From positions 62,001-126,000 of the forward strand of contig NGBS01000893.1 in the NCBI GenBank assembly GCA_002245135.1: a DNA stretch of 64,000 nt. The letters run 5' to 3'. Within the stretch, counting starts at the first letter, position 1, and every line of letters begins with the position of its first letter. This document shows positions 13,629-26,117 of this stretch, piece by piece. The position numbers and the translations under genes are program-made. The DNA comes from Proteromonas lacertae (lineage: Eukaryota). Below the pieces are notes generated by a model. That model saw only the letters and a list, made by a program, of their open reading frames with translations, was not told the origin of the DNA and searched no databases.

Positions 13629-13754
13629 TATTTTTTTTCTTTTTTGCTTGTTTTTTATTCAATAGCAATTATTATCAATTCATTATTATCCATAAAAACA
13701 ACAAATCACTATAGTTATAATGTTTTAATAAATTAAATTAATTATAATTGGATA

Positions 13755-14910
13755 CTAAAATTGATTGAAAAATACTATAATAACACTTAAATTGTCAACA
13801 ACAGGAGTACTATGACAAATATAACATAAAATATCATACGTCGGTATAAGTCTGGTTGCATGGTTTATCAAATTCGTAGCAATTAAATCAGTATTAATAT
13901 TACCTTTCTCCAATTCTTCATATACACATTTAACAAGCTAATTCATTATATAAATACATACTTATACAAAATTAGGTTTAAATAGATCAGTCAACCCATC
14001 ACTTGTTATAATACAAAAATGAACATCATCATTCAAATCTACAATATTTACAGCAGGAACGTTACTAACAACATCATCATTAAATACTATATTACTATTA
14101 TCAGTACATTGTTGTTGATAATAATTAGAGAATTTCTTTAATCCAAAATCTCCAAAAGCTCTACTTACAGATAAGCCATTCTGAATTCGTCCATGATTTA
14201 TTTGTATTGTAGGACATGCATTTCTTATTCTGTCAATTTCTTCTTTATTGTCTTTAGTTGGACGATGAATTTCTGAAACTACCTCAGCTTCACCTTTCTT
14301 TGAGAGTTTTGAGATTATTGCAATAGAATCACCAATATTTGCGAAATACAATTTGCTATTTGATACTATTAACGTTACAGCCGTTGATCCACTTCCATCT
14401 TTGTATTGTTTCTCGAAATCTACATCTGTTTTTTGAAAACTGTTTTTTAGAGCTAATTCTATATTACTAGGAAATGATGGATCATTGAAAAAATTCTTAC
14501 TTAAATTCTCATTCACATAATCTGCAGTATCTATTCCACAATGACCATCATATCTAGTAAGAATATAATTAATAGACAATACATTCCAAAAAAATTAAAA
14601 CTCTCATCACTCTTTGTAGTTACTTTGACAGTTAAAAGATCTTCCATCTCTGGCTTGCTTCCTTGATGTAGAGCACTTCCCCAGCGTATGTGATTGATAT
14701 TATCATAGTTTTTTGACTGAGATTGGACCTGATAATTTTTAAATTCTTTTTCTTCTTTTTTCATCTGTGGAAATAGTTCGTGTAATGGTGTTCTAGCAGG
14801 CTATACGAGTGATAATTAATCATTATATATACACTAGGCACTGTAGGTGAAGCACAACTGACAGGTGTCATAGGAGGAGTTATTTCTTCAGCAGAGCACT
14901 TCGATCCCAT
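13755..14910 (-). CDS. Protein phosphatase 2C with predicted N-myristoylation (MGSKCS)
   Basis: QGSKPEMED, YDGHCG, GSGSTAV, ANIGDS, LSVSRAFGDF, TSDGLTD and VDNLSVIIV. Four GT-AG introns. Confidence 0.92.
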
Positions 14911-15100
14911 ATGTATTAATTTATAAAGTAGTATTTACAGTAAAAATAAATAAGTAAAATGCGATTTATTAGTAATAAACCAAAAAAATTCTATTGGCTC
15001 GAATTTCTAACTCGAACTTTTAAGATTTTGTCATATCATAGTAACCGAAAATAAACACAATTAATAATCCAATGCAGTTACGAACTTATATCTTTTATTT

Positions 15101-17145
15101 TTATTTGCCTAGAGATTTCAAGATAATTAGATCAAGTATAACAGGCTCTCTATAAATTTCGCTTACACACATAAACGCTGAGAACGCAGCACCTCCAACA
15201 CCAGCTGAATATATATCTTGGCCAGCCAAATATAAATTTTTAATTTGAGTTTCTATATACAATTAAAAAATATAAAGATTATGAAAATCATACTAGCATC
15301 TAAAAATAAAGCATTTTCTGGTGAGAATCTATCAGTATTATGATCCAATCCATAGATCACTCCGTTATGAGCTCTTAAAAATGATTCATTCGTCAAAGGA
15401 GTACCAACTTCATGATAAGCAACTTCTTCATCTCTTAATTGTGGATAAATCTCCAACATTTGTTCATAGGCGATTTTATAAATCACTTCTTTAATATTAT
15501 TATACTCTTCACCTCTATATCTTGGTCTATTAGCTGTATTCCACTTCTCAAACCATCTGTAAGGAATTGGTAGAACAACTTCACAGGTTGTTTTATTTGG
15601 ATATCTATTTTTCCATGTTGGATCTTTACTAGATGGGAAGGATATGAATAAAACAGGTATTCTTGATCTAATAGCATCTTCATAGGATAGATCGTACCAC
15701 TTTTCCATCTCTCGTAGATCATTTTTATGGAAATAAAATGATTGTGTTGGTGATACTCCTAACTCATTATCACTTTTACTATTTAAATAAAAATAATAAA
15801 TAAATAAATTATTTATATATATACTTATATCCAATAAATATTGTACAAAATGAGATCGCATTACTCAATAATGAAGAAGGTGTTAATGATGAATATACTG
15901 TATCACTCAATAAATGAGCATATGTGTTATATGCACCTACAGATGAAATAACAATTGGAGCTTTGATTATAATCTTCTTATTGGCCTTAGTTACTTCAAC
16001 ACCAATTGCAGTTTTACCACTTTCATCTAATACTATTCTAGTGACATCTGCTCTAACTAATACTTTGCTTCCTCTCTTTTCTAAGTTATTGATAATATTC
16101 GCTGAGATTTGGGCAGATCCACCAACTGGATAATATGCTCCATGTCTATTAAAATAAAATTAATAAAAAAATGAATATATATATTTATACAGATAATGAT
16201 CATGTAATGCTTGTGTCATAATAATCGATGCTTTGGTTGGGAAAGTTCCAAAATCAGCAAATGTATAACCTAATATTATCTGTAACTCTTTATTCTTTGT
16301 CAATTTCTCAATCATTTCCATATAAGATTGACATGAGAATTCAAAGAAACCTGTCTTTAAATGTAAATCTACTTTTATCATTAATTTCTTGATCCATTCA
16401 GGCATTGCTCTCATTATAGAGATTTTTATCTTCGCTGCTCGAATTTTGTCACAAATTTCTAAGAATTTGTCAATAGCTTCCTTCTCTTCAGGGAATAATT
16501 CGTATAAATCATTAATTTTGGTTTTTCTAATTGGATATTTTCTAATTTCATCTTCACTTTCAAATATCTCAATGTTATCGTATGGATCTGCTAAAGGAAC
16601 CCAGTCAACTTTGCCTTCAGTGATTTGATCGATGATCATCCCAACTTCTGCATCCATTTCACCTACATAGTGAAGACCAACATCGAATTCAAAACCTTCT
16701 CGATCAAAGATTTGTGTAGAACCTCCTGCTCGATCGTGTTGTTCAAGCACTAATACCTTTTTACCTGCTTGTGAAAGTAATGAAGCTGTTCCCAAGCCTC
16801 CAATACCACTTCCTATAACAATTGCATCTAAGTCTTTTGGGATCTAAAATGGAAGATAATGGGGGGGAATACTTTATTTTCAGAAAATCCATTCCTTAAA
16901 ATCAAGTCTCTTTCTTTGTTTGGAATTATGTTTCTTTGTCTCACAATCCTAGGATTAAATAAAAACGCTATAAAATATACTTCTTTTTAAATATGCTGTG
17001 TAATGATGTGTAATCAAACAAATAATATCTTATAAACTATTGAATGAGAATGTTATATCAATACAGCTCTTATTGCATAGTATAGTATAGCTACTAACGT
17101 AGAAGCCAGTGTAAAAACTGTCAACAAAAATTTGGTTATTGACAT
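15101..17145 (-). CDS. All-trans-retinol saturase / phytoene desaturase family FAD oxidoreductase with N-terminal TM segment
   Basis: DAIVIGSGIGGL, VLVLEQHDRAGG, GFEFDVGLHYVG, GAYYPVGGS, FISFPSSKDP, GTPLTN, IYGLDH and NLYLAGQDI. Six introns, including a GC-AG intron at 16968-16996. Confidence 0.88.
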
Positions 17146-17272
17146 CTAAAATTAGAGATTTATTTTTCTAAACTCCCAAACCTTTTTTAGAAAGCTTGAT
17201 TAAAGTTCTTTCGTAAAAAATAACAAAAAACAAAAATTTATCAGAAATTCTAATAGTTACAGAATATCTATT

Positions 17273-18757
17273 CTAAATATCTCTATCCCTACCAATAGCA
17301 TATACTTCAAAACCAATCTCTTTCAACTTTTCAATGTCTAAAATACCTCTTCCATCGAATATGAATGCTGGTTTAACCATAGAATCATACATTTTCTTGT
17401 AATCATATGTCTTAAATTCTTCCCATTCAGTCATTATTGCTATAGCGTGAGCTCCTTTGCATGCTTCATATGGATCAGTTTCTTTATGGAAGTATTTATT
17501 AATATAAGCATTAATACCTTCATGACCGAAGATTCTGTCCATTTCACCAATCATCTCTTCTTCATGAGCTTTTGGATCATATACGTGAATATCAGCACAT
17601 TCATCCATTAAATACTTAGTTACATAAGCAGCTGGAGTTTCACGACAATCACCAGTGTCAGCTTTGAATGCAAATCCCATCACAGCAATTCTCTTATTTG
17701 TAACATTCTGGAACATTCTCATTACCATCTCATGAACAAATCTTTTAGTTTGATATGAATTAATACTTAAAACACCTTCCCAGTATTGTGCTACTTCCTC
17801 TAAACCATGTCTTCTGCATATATATACCAAATTCTTAATATCTTTAGCGAAACAAGATCCTCCAAAACCAATTGAAGCGTGTAAGAATCTACTGACCAAT
17901 TCTGGGATCCATTGATACAGCTTTAGATACTTCATTGATATCTGCTTTCATTGTCTCACATAAGGCAGAAATTGAGTTAATGGAAGAAACTCTTTGAGCT
18001 AAGAATGCATTACTCACTAACTTAGATAATTCAGAGGACCAGATTGTCATCTTCAATATCTTCTCTCTTGGGATGAAATGAGCATAAATGGAAGCTAATA
18101 CTTCAGCAGCTTTCTCTCCTTCTGGTGTTGGCTGGCCTCCGATTAATACACGACTAGGAAATTCTAAATCGTGAATAGCTGAACCTTCTGCTAAGAATTC
18201 AGGGTTTGATAAAACATCGAAATGGAATTTTGAGTTTGATTGTAAAATTCTTTCAACTGAATGAGCAGTTTGTACAGGTACTGTTGATTTTTCTACAATG
18301 ATCTTGTTTCCATTAGCAAAATTACTAATACTTCTTGCTGCAGATTCTACATATCTTAAATCAGCAGCTGAACCAGATCCTTCTCCAATAACTTTTGTTG
18401 GGGTTTATATTGATTAAGATATAACGTCAAAATTCACAATTTCAAACAAAAAGGATATATTAACAGAAATAAATATAATATCTGCAAATTCAATACTTGA
18501 TTTAACATCTGTTGTAAAGAAAAGTTGTTTATTTCTAACTTCTTCAACAATTGGTTGTAAACCAGGTTCGTAGACTGGGAGATTGTCAGAATTCCATGCA
18601 TCAATTTTCCTTTGATCAATATCTGCAACATATACTTTAGCGCCAGGTATCTAGTTTATAATAGTTAAATAAACATTATATTACATACATGCTTGCACAA
18701 TACAGCCATGGTGGGTGTACCTACGTAACCAGCTCCAATGCAACAGATCTTATACAT
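17273..18757 (-). CDS. UGDH: UDP-glucose 6-dehydrogenase; one AT-AA intron and an apparent +1 frameshift near 17892
   Basis: [72 protein letters not shown] and [16 protein letters not shown]. Confidence 0.95.
18405..18458 (-). other. U12-type (minor) intron with AT-AA termini, 54 nt
   Basis: 5' ATATCCTTT (full U12 consensus), branch-point-like ATCTTAAT then 8 nt to terminal TAA. Contains an in-frame stop. Removal restores conserved FISVN-TPTK. Confidence 0.9.
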
Positions 18758-18912
18758 GTTATTAGAGAGTGAGAGAAAATTTAAAAAAACTTGCTGAAAT
18801 CAGTTGAGATTTGATTGGCTGATTAAAACTGAAACGAATATATTTACAGAAAGTGTTAAAAAAACACCCAACAACACAAAGAGTAATAAAACAAAGAATA
18901 ATTTTCAAACAC

Positions 18913-20139
18913 TTAGAACAAATCATCAATAAATGCTAGTTCACCTTCTATTAAAACAATAATATAAAAAAAAATCTATAAATATACTAGCTTCTTTTTC
19001 TTTTTGTTTCTTAGCTTTACTCAAATCAGAAGGAATGTCTTCAAATAATTCATCCACTTCCTCTTCCTTTGGAGCTTGAGGTGCTGGTGGTGCTTCAACA
19101 ATTCCAAATCCATTACTGCTATCTGTAAAGCCAAATGCATCTTGTTTCTTCAGTTTTTCTAACTCTAATTGTCTCTTACGTTGTGCTTCTAATTCACTAG
19201 CTTCCATATCATTAGCTGGTACTTTTTTAGCTCCTGCTTTTTTAACTGCTTTCTTAGCGACTGGTTTCTTCTTTGGCTTTTCTTCTTCCTCTTCTTCTTC
19301 TTCTTCATTATCTTCTTCATTATCTTCTTCATTATCTGATGGAACATCATCATCATCATCATCTTGATGCTTTTTAACTGTTTTCTTTGTTGCATTTGAT
19401 TTAGTTCTCTTTTTAATTCCTGCTGCTGATGTTCTTCTAATTGGTTTTGGAGTCATTCTTGTTTCATCTTCATCTTCATCAGATTCTTCGGCTAATACTT
19501 TCTCCAACTTCTTTGGATCGATCAATGAAGCTGATGAATCATCTATAATAATATATAATAAAAGTCAAACATACACATTGATAATGTCTCACCTGGTGCA
19601 AGATCATATAATGATTCGGCTGGTATTGGAATACCGTGTGTCATTTTTTTGACTTGTGCTCTATTTAAATAGGGTAATAAACCATAGAGTTGTCCATTAA
19701 TTGTTAATTCTATAAGAATTTGTATTAAAAAAATATATATACGATGAGTTACGTTCTTATCTGCATAATGACCTTCTAATAATGCTGGATATCTGCCAAC
19801 TATTAAGTGTTGTTCGAATGAGAATGATAACAACTAAAGAAATACATCGATTCTGGTATTAATACGCTTGAATCTTGGAATATAGTTCTTTTATCTAAAT
19901 ATATTTCCTTTTTACCTGAGATTAAAGACTGTTTCAAAAATAAAACGTGTTCCTATCTCATAAATATAAAGATCGATACAGCTCCATCATAGAACAAACC
20001 CCATTGAACTTTCTTCTTCGACATGTTCAAATGCTTACCAACATCTCTACTAATAAATATTCTAGTGAAAAAATTAGTGTAAATGATGGTACGTTCTATA
20101 AACTTGAGGTGGTGGTGGTGCGCTAGTCTTCTTAGGCAT
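18913..20139 (-). CDS. Uncharacterised protein with a beta-rich N-terminal domain and acidic/lysine-rich C-terminus, about 6 introns
   Basis: Continuous spliced model MPKKTSAPPPPQVYRT...QSLISGKKEIYLDK...FIDDLF* through GT-AG introns. Confidence 0.7.
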
Positions 20140-20364
20140 TATTAATCAGCAAATTAAAAAGATATAAATACAACAAGCAGAAACGAGCCGAATTAGTTTG
20201 TGTTTTTGTTTTCATGTCGATTTTCTCCTTCTATGACACTTATTAGTGCAATAGAGTGTTGTATGTTCAAAATAGATGCAAAAAACTATCAGTTTTCATA
20301 GAATTTCTGATGAACAGAAGTAGATAATTTTCAGGCTTAAAAAAATCAAATTATAATACAGCAA

Positions 20365-21927
20365 TTACAATAATCCTTGTCTACGTAAATCGTCATACAT
20401 TTTCTTAGACAAAACATTTCCCATACTATCTTCATACTCCTCCTCGTTCTCTGCAAGCGCTTCTTCCGATTTCAACTGATGCTTTATTCTCTCATACACT
20501 ATATCAAATATAATAAATACAAATATAATATACATGCAATAGCATCAGCTTTAGAAGTTATATCATGGAAGTGTTTAGAGTTAGGAATACCTAAACATTT
20601 CATACCAAAAGCATGTCTCCACTCTTGAAAATGCAAATCGAACGCTCTTCTACCCCAATAGCTGTGATTACCACAAATCTCACACTTATATTCAACACCT
20701 AAGCCATGAAGTTTCCATAACCAGTAAGGAATTGGTTTACCATCCCAACCTATAGGTAAATTCAATGGATTATAAATAACTTCTTCTTTTTCTTCTTCAT
20801 CATCTTCTTCATCATCACCATTATTATTGTTTGGTTTTTTGATTATATTTTTTTCAGATTCTTCAGCTTGTAATAGTTCTTTTTGTAACTCTTCATAACT
20901 TAATATCTGTTTACGATCTACAAATCTAATAGTTGCTTTTATTCGATCATCTACTAACTGGAAGTAATGTTCAATTAAAAATTCCATTTTTGCTATTGAT
21001 TTATACTGTTCTAAAAATCTCTCTTTTGACTCATGTTTCTTTAAGTTAAAAAATGATGGATCTAAATCAGTATATTTCTTATTTTTAGTATTAAATAATC
21101 TTTCCGCTTTCTCTTCAATTCTTCCACCACACTTTAATCCCATTTGTGTTAAGATTTCTTTCAATTTATCATTTCCTAATAACACTAATTCACCTACACT
21201 TTCATATTCCTTTAAATCTATTGGACATTGGATATTTTGCCATTCTGCAATTTCATTGGATGACCATTTTGTCTCAAACTCTTCTTCAAACTCTGTTTTT
21301 AAAGAGTCAAAATCTACCAGAGGTTGAATTCTCTTGAAATAATCAATTAAATAATCTGATAATGATTGTAAATAGTTTTTGTAAATTTGAGAGAGTTTTA
21401 TTCTTCGTGGGATTATAGATAAATCGTTTATTTTTTCTAAGTATGACAAATAATCATATTTATATATTCCTGGTAGATTTAAATATTGTTCATGCTGTTG
21501 ATGTAAATCAACATATCTTCCATTCATTTCTTCGCCTGAAAATTGGATATCTGGTCGTTCTACTGGGATCATTACTGGATCTGCTATTCTACCTTCAAAT
21601 TTCTTATGATATTCTCTTATTTCTCCTAATCTTTCATAAAACGATCCAAATATATCACCAGTGGACATTGATTTCTTTTCATCTTCTAGTTTACCATTTT
21701 TATCTTCATAAATTTCTTTTGCTCTTTCACTTGCTTCTGATGCTCTGTCAATACAAGCTTTGATGTAATGTTCCTGTAATATTTTATCTTTGGCCTATAT
21801 GATAAATTTATAAATGCAACATATATACATTTCTACCTTTATTAGCTAGTTCATTTTCAATGGTGCTTTCACATAATTCAATTTCTTCATGTGTGGCTCT
21901 AAGATATTCTAATAAAGTTGAAGACAT
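20365..21927 (-). CDS. SF3A3: Splicing factor 3A subunit 3 (Prp9)
   Basis: MSSTLLEYLRATHEEIE, FSGEEMNGRYVDL, GLKCGG, YNPLNLPIGWDGKPIPYWLWKLHGLG..YKCEICGN and HFQEWRH. Two introns. Confidence 0.96.
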
Positions 21928-22013
21928 TTTTTATATTGATTAATATGCTGTATATAAGACAAAAAAATAAAATAAATTAAAAAAAGCTTGATCAATCAAA
22001 CAGTAATTGAAAA

Positions 22014-24018
22014 ATGCCAAAACGTAAAGCAGCCAGTATAGAAAGTGTAAAACACAAAAAATCAAAAAAGAAGGTTGAACTGAAACAAAAGAATAAAAAA
22101 GTAATTGAAGAAAAAGAACCAGTAGAATTAGAACCTGAAGAAGAAGAAGTATATCAATACAAACTACGTTTTAGTTAATAGAAGACAATGAGAACGAAGA
22201 AGGATATGTTGATACATATGAACCAGTTGCTGATGAAGAAAGTATAATAGATTCAAATTTATTTAATATAAAATAGCTGATGAAGAAGTAGAAGATGATG
22301 AAGAAGAAGTGGAAGAAGAAGAGAAGAAGAAAGGAGTTGAACAGTTAGATTATCAGTCAGATCCCTATTATCAGTATTACCAATTAAACCCATTTGAAGA
22401 AGTTCCAGAAAGACCAAAACCATCTCCAAAACCACTCAAATATTTAAATAAATATTTTTTATCAATTCCATCAACAGAATCAGAAATTCCAGAAACTCAA
22501 GACATTTCAAAACTTCATATAAAGCCAAAGATATTAAATCAATATCAAGAATTATTATATAAATACAAATCAGAGAAGCAATTAATAAATAATTCCTTAT
22601 TTACACTCTATCATTCTTACAAAGATGTTATTTTTACAGATAGAAATACCAAAAATGAAAAAGTGATTACATTATCATATGTTGCTCATATATTGAATCA
22701 TGTAATGAAAAATCGTGATATTTTATCAAGTCATAATTCAGATATAAAATATAATAAATATAATAATAATAAAAATAATAATAATGAAAATGTTAATTTA
22801 GAATACAAAGATCAAGGTTTTACAAGGCCAAAAGTGTTAGTATTATGTCCATTCGCTAGTTATTTGGAAAGAATTGTAAGATATATGATCCAATTATTAC
22901 CAAAGAATATTCAAATAATGAATAAGAAGCGATTTTTCGATGAATTTGGTGATAATAACAAAGAAAAAGAAGAGAATACTCAAAAAGCACCTTGGGAAGA
23001 AATATTTAAAGGAAATAATGAAGATTGCTTTAGATTTGGATTATCTTATAATAAAAAACAATTGAAATTATACACATCATTTTATTCAAGTGATATAATA
23101 ATTGCATCTCCAATTGGATTGAGATTATGTATGGGTTTAGGAGGAGGAGGTGAAAGTAGTAAAAAAGATGTTGATTTTCTTAGTAGTGTAGAAATACTAG
23201 TTATTGATAGTATTGATATATTAAAACTACAAAATTATGAACATTTGAAAGATATAATGAATTATATGAATAATATACCAAAAGAAGATCATGGAGTTGA
23301 TTTTTCTAGATTGAGAGATATTTATTTGAATGGAAATATGAAATACAATCGACAGAATTTAATTTTTTCTGATCATTTGTTTGCTGAATTGAATAATATT
23401 TATAGTAATAATTGTAATAACGTAAGAGGTTTATATAAGTTTAAAAAGAATGAAGAAGGTGTGATTGATAATGTTACAGTTCAATGTCGTCAATTGTTTG
23501 AGAAATTAGATTGTAAAAATATAATAAACCAAAGTGAAATAAGATTCAATTATTTTGTTAATAAAATATTTCCGCAAATAAAATTAGCTGATCAAACTCA
23601 TGTATTGATATATATTCCTAGTTATTTTGATTATATAAAACTACGAAATTATTTTAATGAAAATCTGCGTGATGATTATTGTAGTTTACATGAATATTTA
23701 AAACCTGAATCAATTACAAGATCTCGAACTTGGTTTTATAATGGAGATAAAAGGATTTTATTGTATACTGGAAGATTGTACTTCTTTCGAAGATATAAAC
23801 TAAAGAAAGTTCATTACATAATATTCTATTCTCCTCCTGAACATGGTTATATATATTCTGAGATAGTGAATATGTTGGAGAGTTCTGATATTTTATCAGT
23901 TTCATCTTTGTGTTTATATACCAAATTTGATTGTTTTCAATTGGAGCAGATAACTGGAACAAGTCGACTGAGTAAGATGCTTAGTAATGATAGTCAATCA
24001 ACGTATTTGTTTTGTTAA
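22014..24018 (+). CDS. UTP25: U3 snoRNA-associated protein 25 (UTP25/DIEXF)
   Basis: DQGFTRPKVLVLCPF, FYSSDIIIASPIGLR, DFLSSVE, DFSRLR, IYIPSYFDYIKLRNY and LLYTGR.YFFRRY. Two 5' introns. Confidence 0.93.
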
Positions 24019-24223
24019 ATTTTGTTCTTTTTTTTTATTTTGTGTTTGTATTGTGTCTTTATTTAATCATATGATATTATGATATGTTATAATGATTTTT
24101 ATAATGATATATTAGTTATAATTGAGTTTTTAGAAATTGTGAAACGAATATATTTTTTATTAGAATATAAATGCTGAATATCTTTGTAGATAATGTATTA
24201 TTCCCATCAATATCATATTTATC

Positions 24224-24586
24224 ATATAATATAAATGCATGAAATCCTCTTTTATAGAGGATCCTCTTCTAAAAGAGGATTTTTAGATCCTCTCTGAAAG
24301 AGGAAAGAGGATTTTTAGATCCTCTTTAAAAGAGGAAATATAATTTTTATAAAATCCTCTTATTAAAAAAGATGACAAATGAAAAATCCTCTATCCTAAA
24401 CATAATATTATTGAAAATATTTGAAAGCTCTAATGATGAATTATAAAAAATTCTTCCTCCAATATGATAGTATCATACTAGAGGATTATAATTTTTTATG
24501 TGTCTATCTGACCAGCCCCCCTGTGGGGGGCCGATGGGGGGGATGCCGGCGGGGTGGAGGACTAGACTATAGTATAGACTAGAATA
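24224..24586 (+). repeat. Left terminal inverted repeat
   Basis: Reverse complement of 27704-28065. The only difference noticed is one base in a G run. Confidence 0.95.
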
Positions 24587-24637
24587 GACTAAAACAAAAA
24601 TAAAAATATAGAACCAGTATATAATATTAGAGGAAAT

Positions 24638-25460
24638 CTAATTATTGTATCCATAAGGAACTGTTTCATAATCATCCTCAAAGTATCTTTTATCATCAAA
24701 ATATGTAAGTCCTATCTTTTCTTCATAAGCAGTATAGATATGATGATTTCTACTTCTAATATGATTAATACCAAACTTCTGTTTAGAAACATATCCATCA
24801 ACCATTTCAGTATAATCATCTCCTGTCATCTTACTTGCTATAGCTGTTATTAATCCTTTACATCTATTGGAGGATTTGAGTGTACCATCATTAACATATT
24901 CCTTTTCATAATAATAACATTTGGATTTCAATCCTCTAAACTTAGTGATGACATAGAATTTCTTACCATCCTGTTCCTCAAACTTGAGTTTATTTAATGT
25001 TCCTGGTTTACATGATAATGAATCCCATTTGTAGTAATTACTGAAAGGAGGCATATTCAGATTACTTCCATCTATATATTTTTGAAGATGATTGAAATTC
25101 CAATAAATATCTTTAGTCTTTACAGAAAAGAGGAGACTGTCAGTATCTGTCATTAAGAGTCTAACATCTTCTGGTGAATTGTAATGTAATACTCCATCAT
25201 ACCAATACTGTTGCATTAATAATTTAGAAAGAGCAAGGATTGTCATACCTATCTGAATAGGTTTATTAATTTTGAACATCTTTTTATGATAATGTACTAA
25301 TCTCAAATCTCCTTGAATAGTATCTATCTTATCAAACCAAGGATCTCTAATAGCTTTTCTTGCCTGATTTTCTGACACTACTAATTTGATACTTCTCCTC
25401 TTATCAACTCTTTCTAAAGTTTTTCCATAAAGTAAATTAAGTAATTTCTTCATAATATTA
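24638..25460 (-). pseudogene. N-terminally truncated protein-primed family-B DNA polymerase (Polinton type)
   Basis: KKLLNLLYGKT (motif B), KPIQIGMTILALSKLLM, MTDTDSL (motif C), GLKSKCY, RCKGL and FDDKRY...TVPYGY. Exonuclease domain and motif A are missing. Confidence 0.9.
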
Positions 25461-25572
25461 GCAGTATGATCCTTTAGATGAAGATGATGATGATGATGAT
25501 GAATAAAACAATAATTAATTTCATTTTTAATATTCTTGTTGTTTTTGTATATTATACTCTCATAATTACAAA

Positions 25573-25902
25573 ATGTTATCAAAAAATAATGAGACTGTCT
25601 TAGAGACAAATGTTGAGGAAATCAAGGAAAGTATAGGAATCCTCTTAGTATATGTCATCCTTTGGGTTATAACAGAAGTCATCAAAATTGTATATTATAC
25701 TTATAAAGCATATTGTCCTCCTAAAGTAATTGAAGTTGTTGAGGAAATTCAGCATAATTTGGGAAGTACAAATAAAAAAGAGGATGATGAGGAAGAGGAT
25801 ATTATTGAAGAAAATGAGGAATTATCCTCCATAAACAGAACATATAGAACAAGTAGTGGAAGATTACACTATCCTCCGTCAAAATATTCTGATACAATTT
25901 AG
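25573..25902 (+). CDS. Element-encoded 109-aa single-TM protein with C-terminal RTSSGR..PP.KY motif
   Basis: ORF track. Hydrophobic segment IGILLVYVILWVI, acidic linker and basic tail. Confidence 0.55.
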   Translation: MLSKNNETVLETNVEEIKESIGILLVYVILWVITEVIKIVYYTYKAYCPPKVIEVVEEIQHNLGSTNKKEDDEEEDIIEENEELSSINRTYRTSSGRLHYPPSKYSDTI

Positions 25903-26117
25903 AAAATGTTATAGAGTAATTTTAAAATCCTAATTAATGATTTTTTTTCTAAGTTCCTTTTTTGGGTTTCGAAAATCCTCTTTTTTCGTAAAAAGTAACG
26001 GTTTTTGTAACGAAGGAAAATCCTCCAATCATAATCGACCGTTACTTTTGATTAAATTTGCCGTTACTTTTCATTCTGAGTTTTCCTGCCATTTTTATGG
26101 TTAGAATTTTCAAATAT

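Noticed and set aside
13499..13714. 71-aa ORF
   Set aside because: It overlaps the tRNA-Cys gene and its terminator, so it is spurious.
19953..19980. Intron starting GTATCG as a possible GT-type U12 intron
   Set aside because: It lacks CCTT at +5 to +8 and a TTAAY branch point, and its 28-nt length is typical of major introns.
24241..24360. Repeated palindromic units resembling a CRISPR array
   Set aside because: There are no unique spacers and no cas genes. They are sub-repeats of the TIR in a eukaryotic genome.
25461..25609. Poly-His N-terminus of the PolB ORF
   Set aside because: It is the antisense of a GAT repeat beyond the deletion junction, not polymerase sequence.
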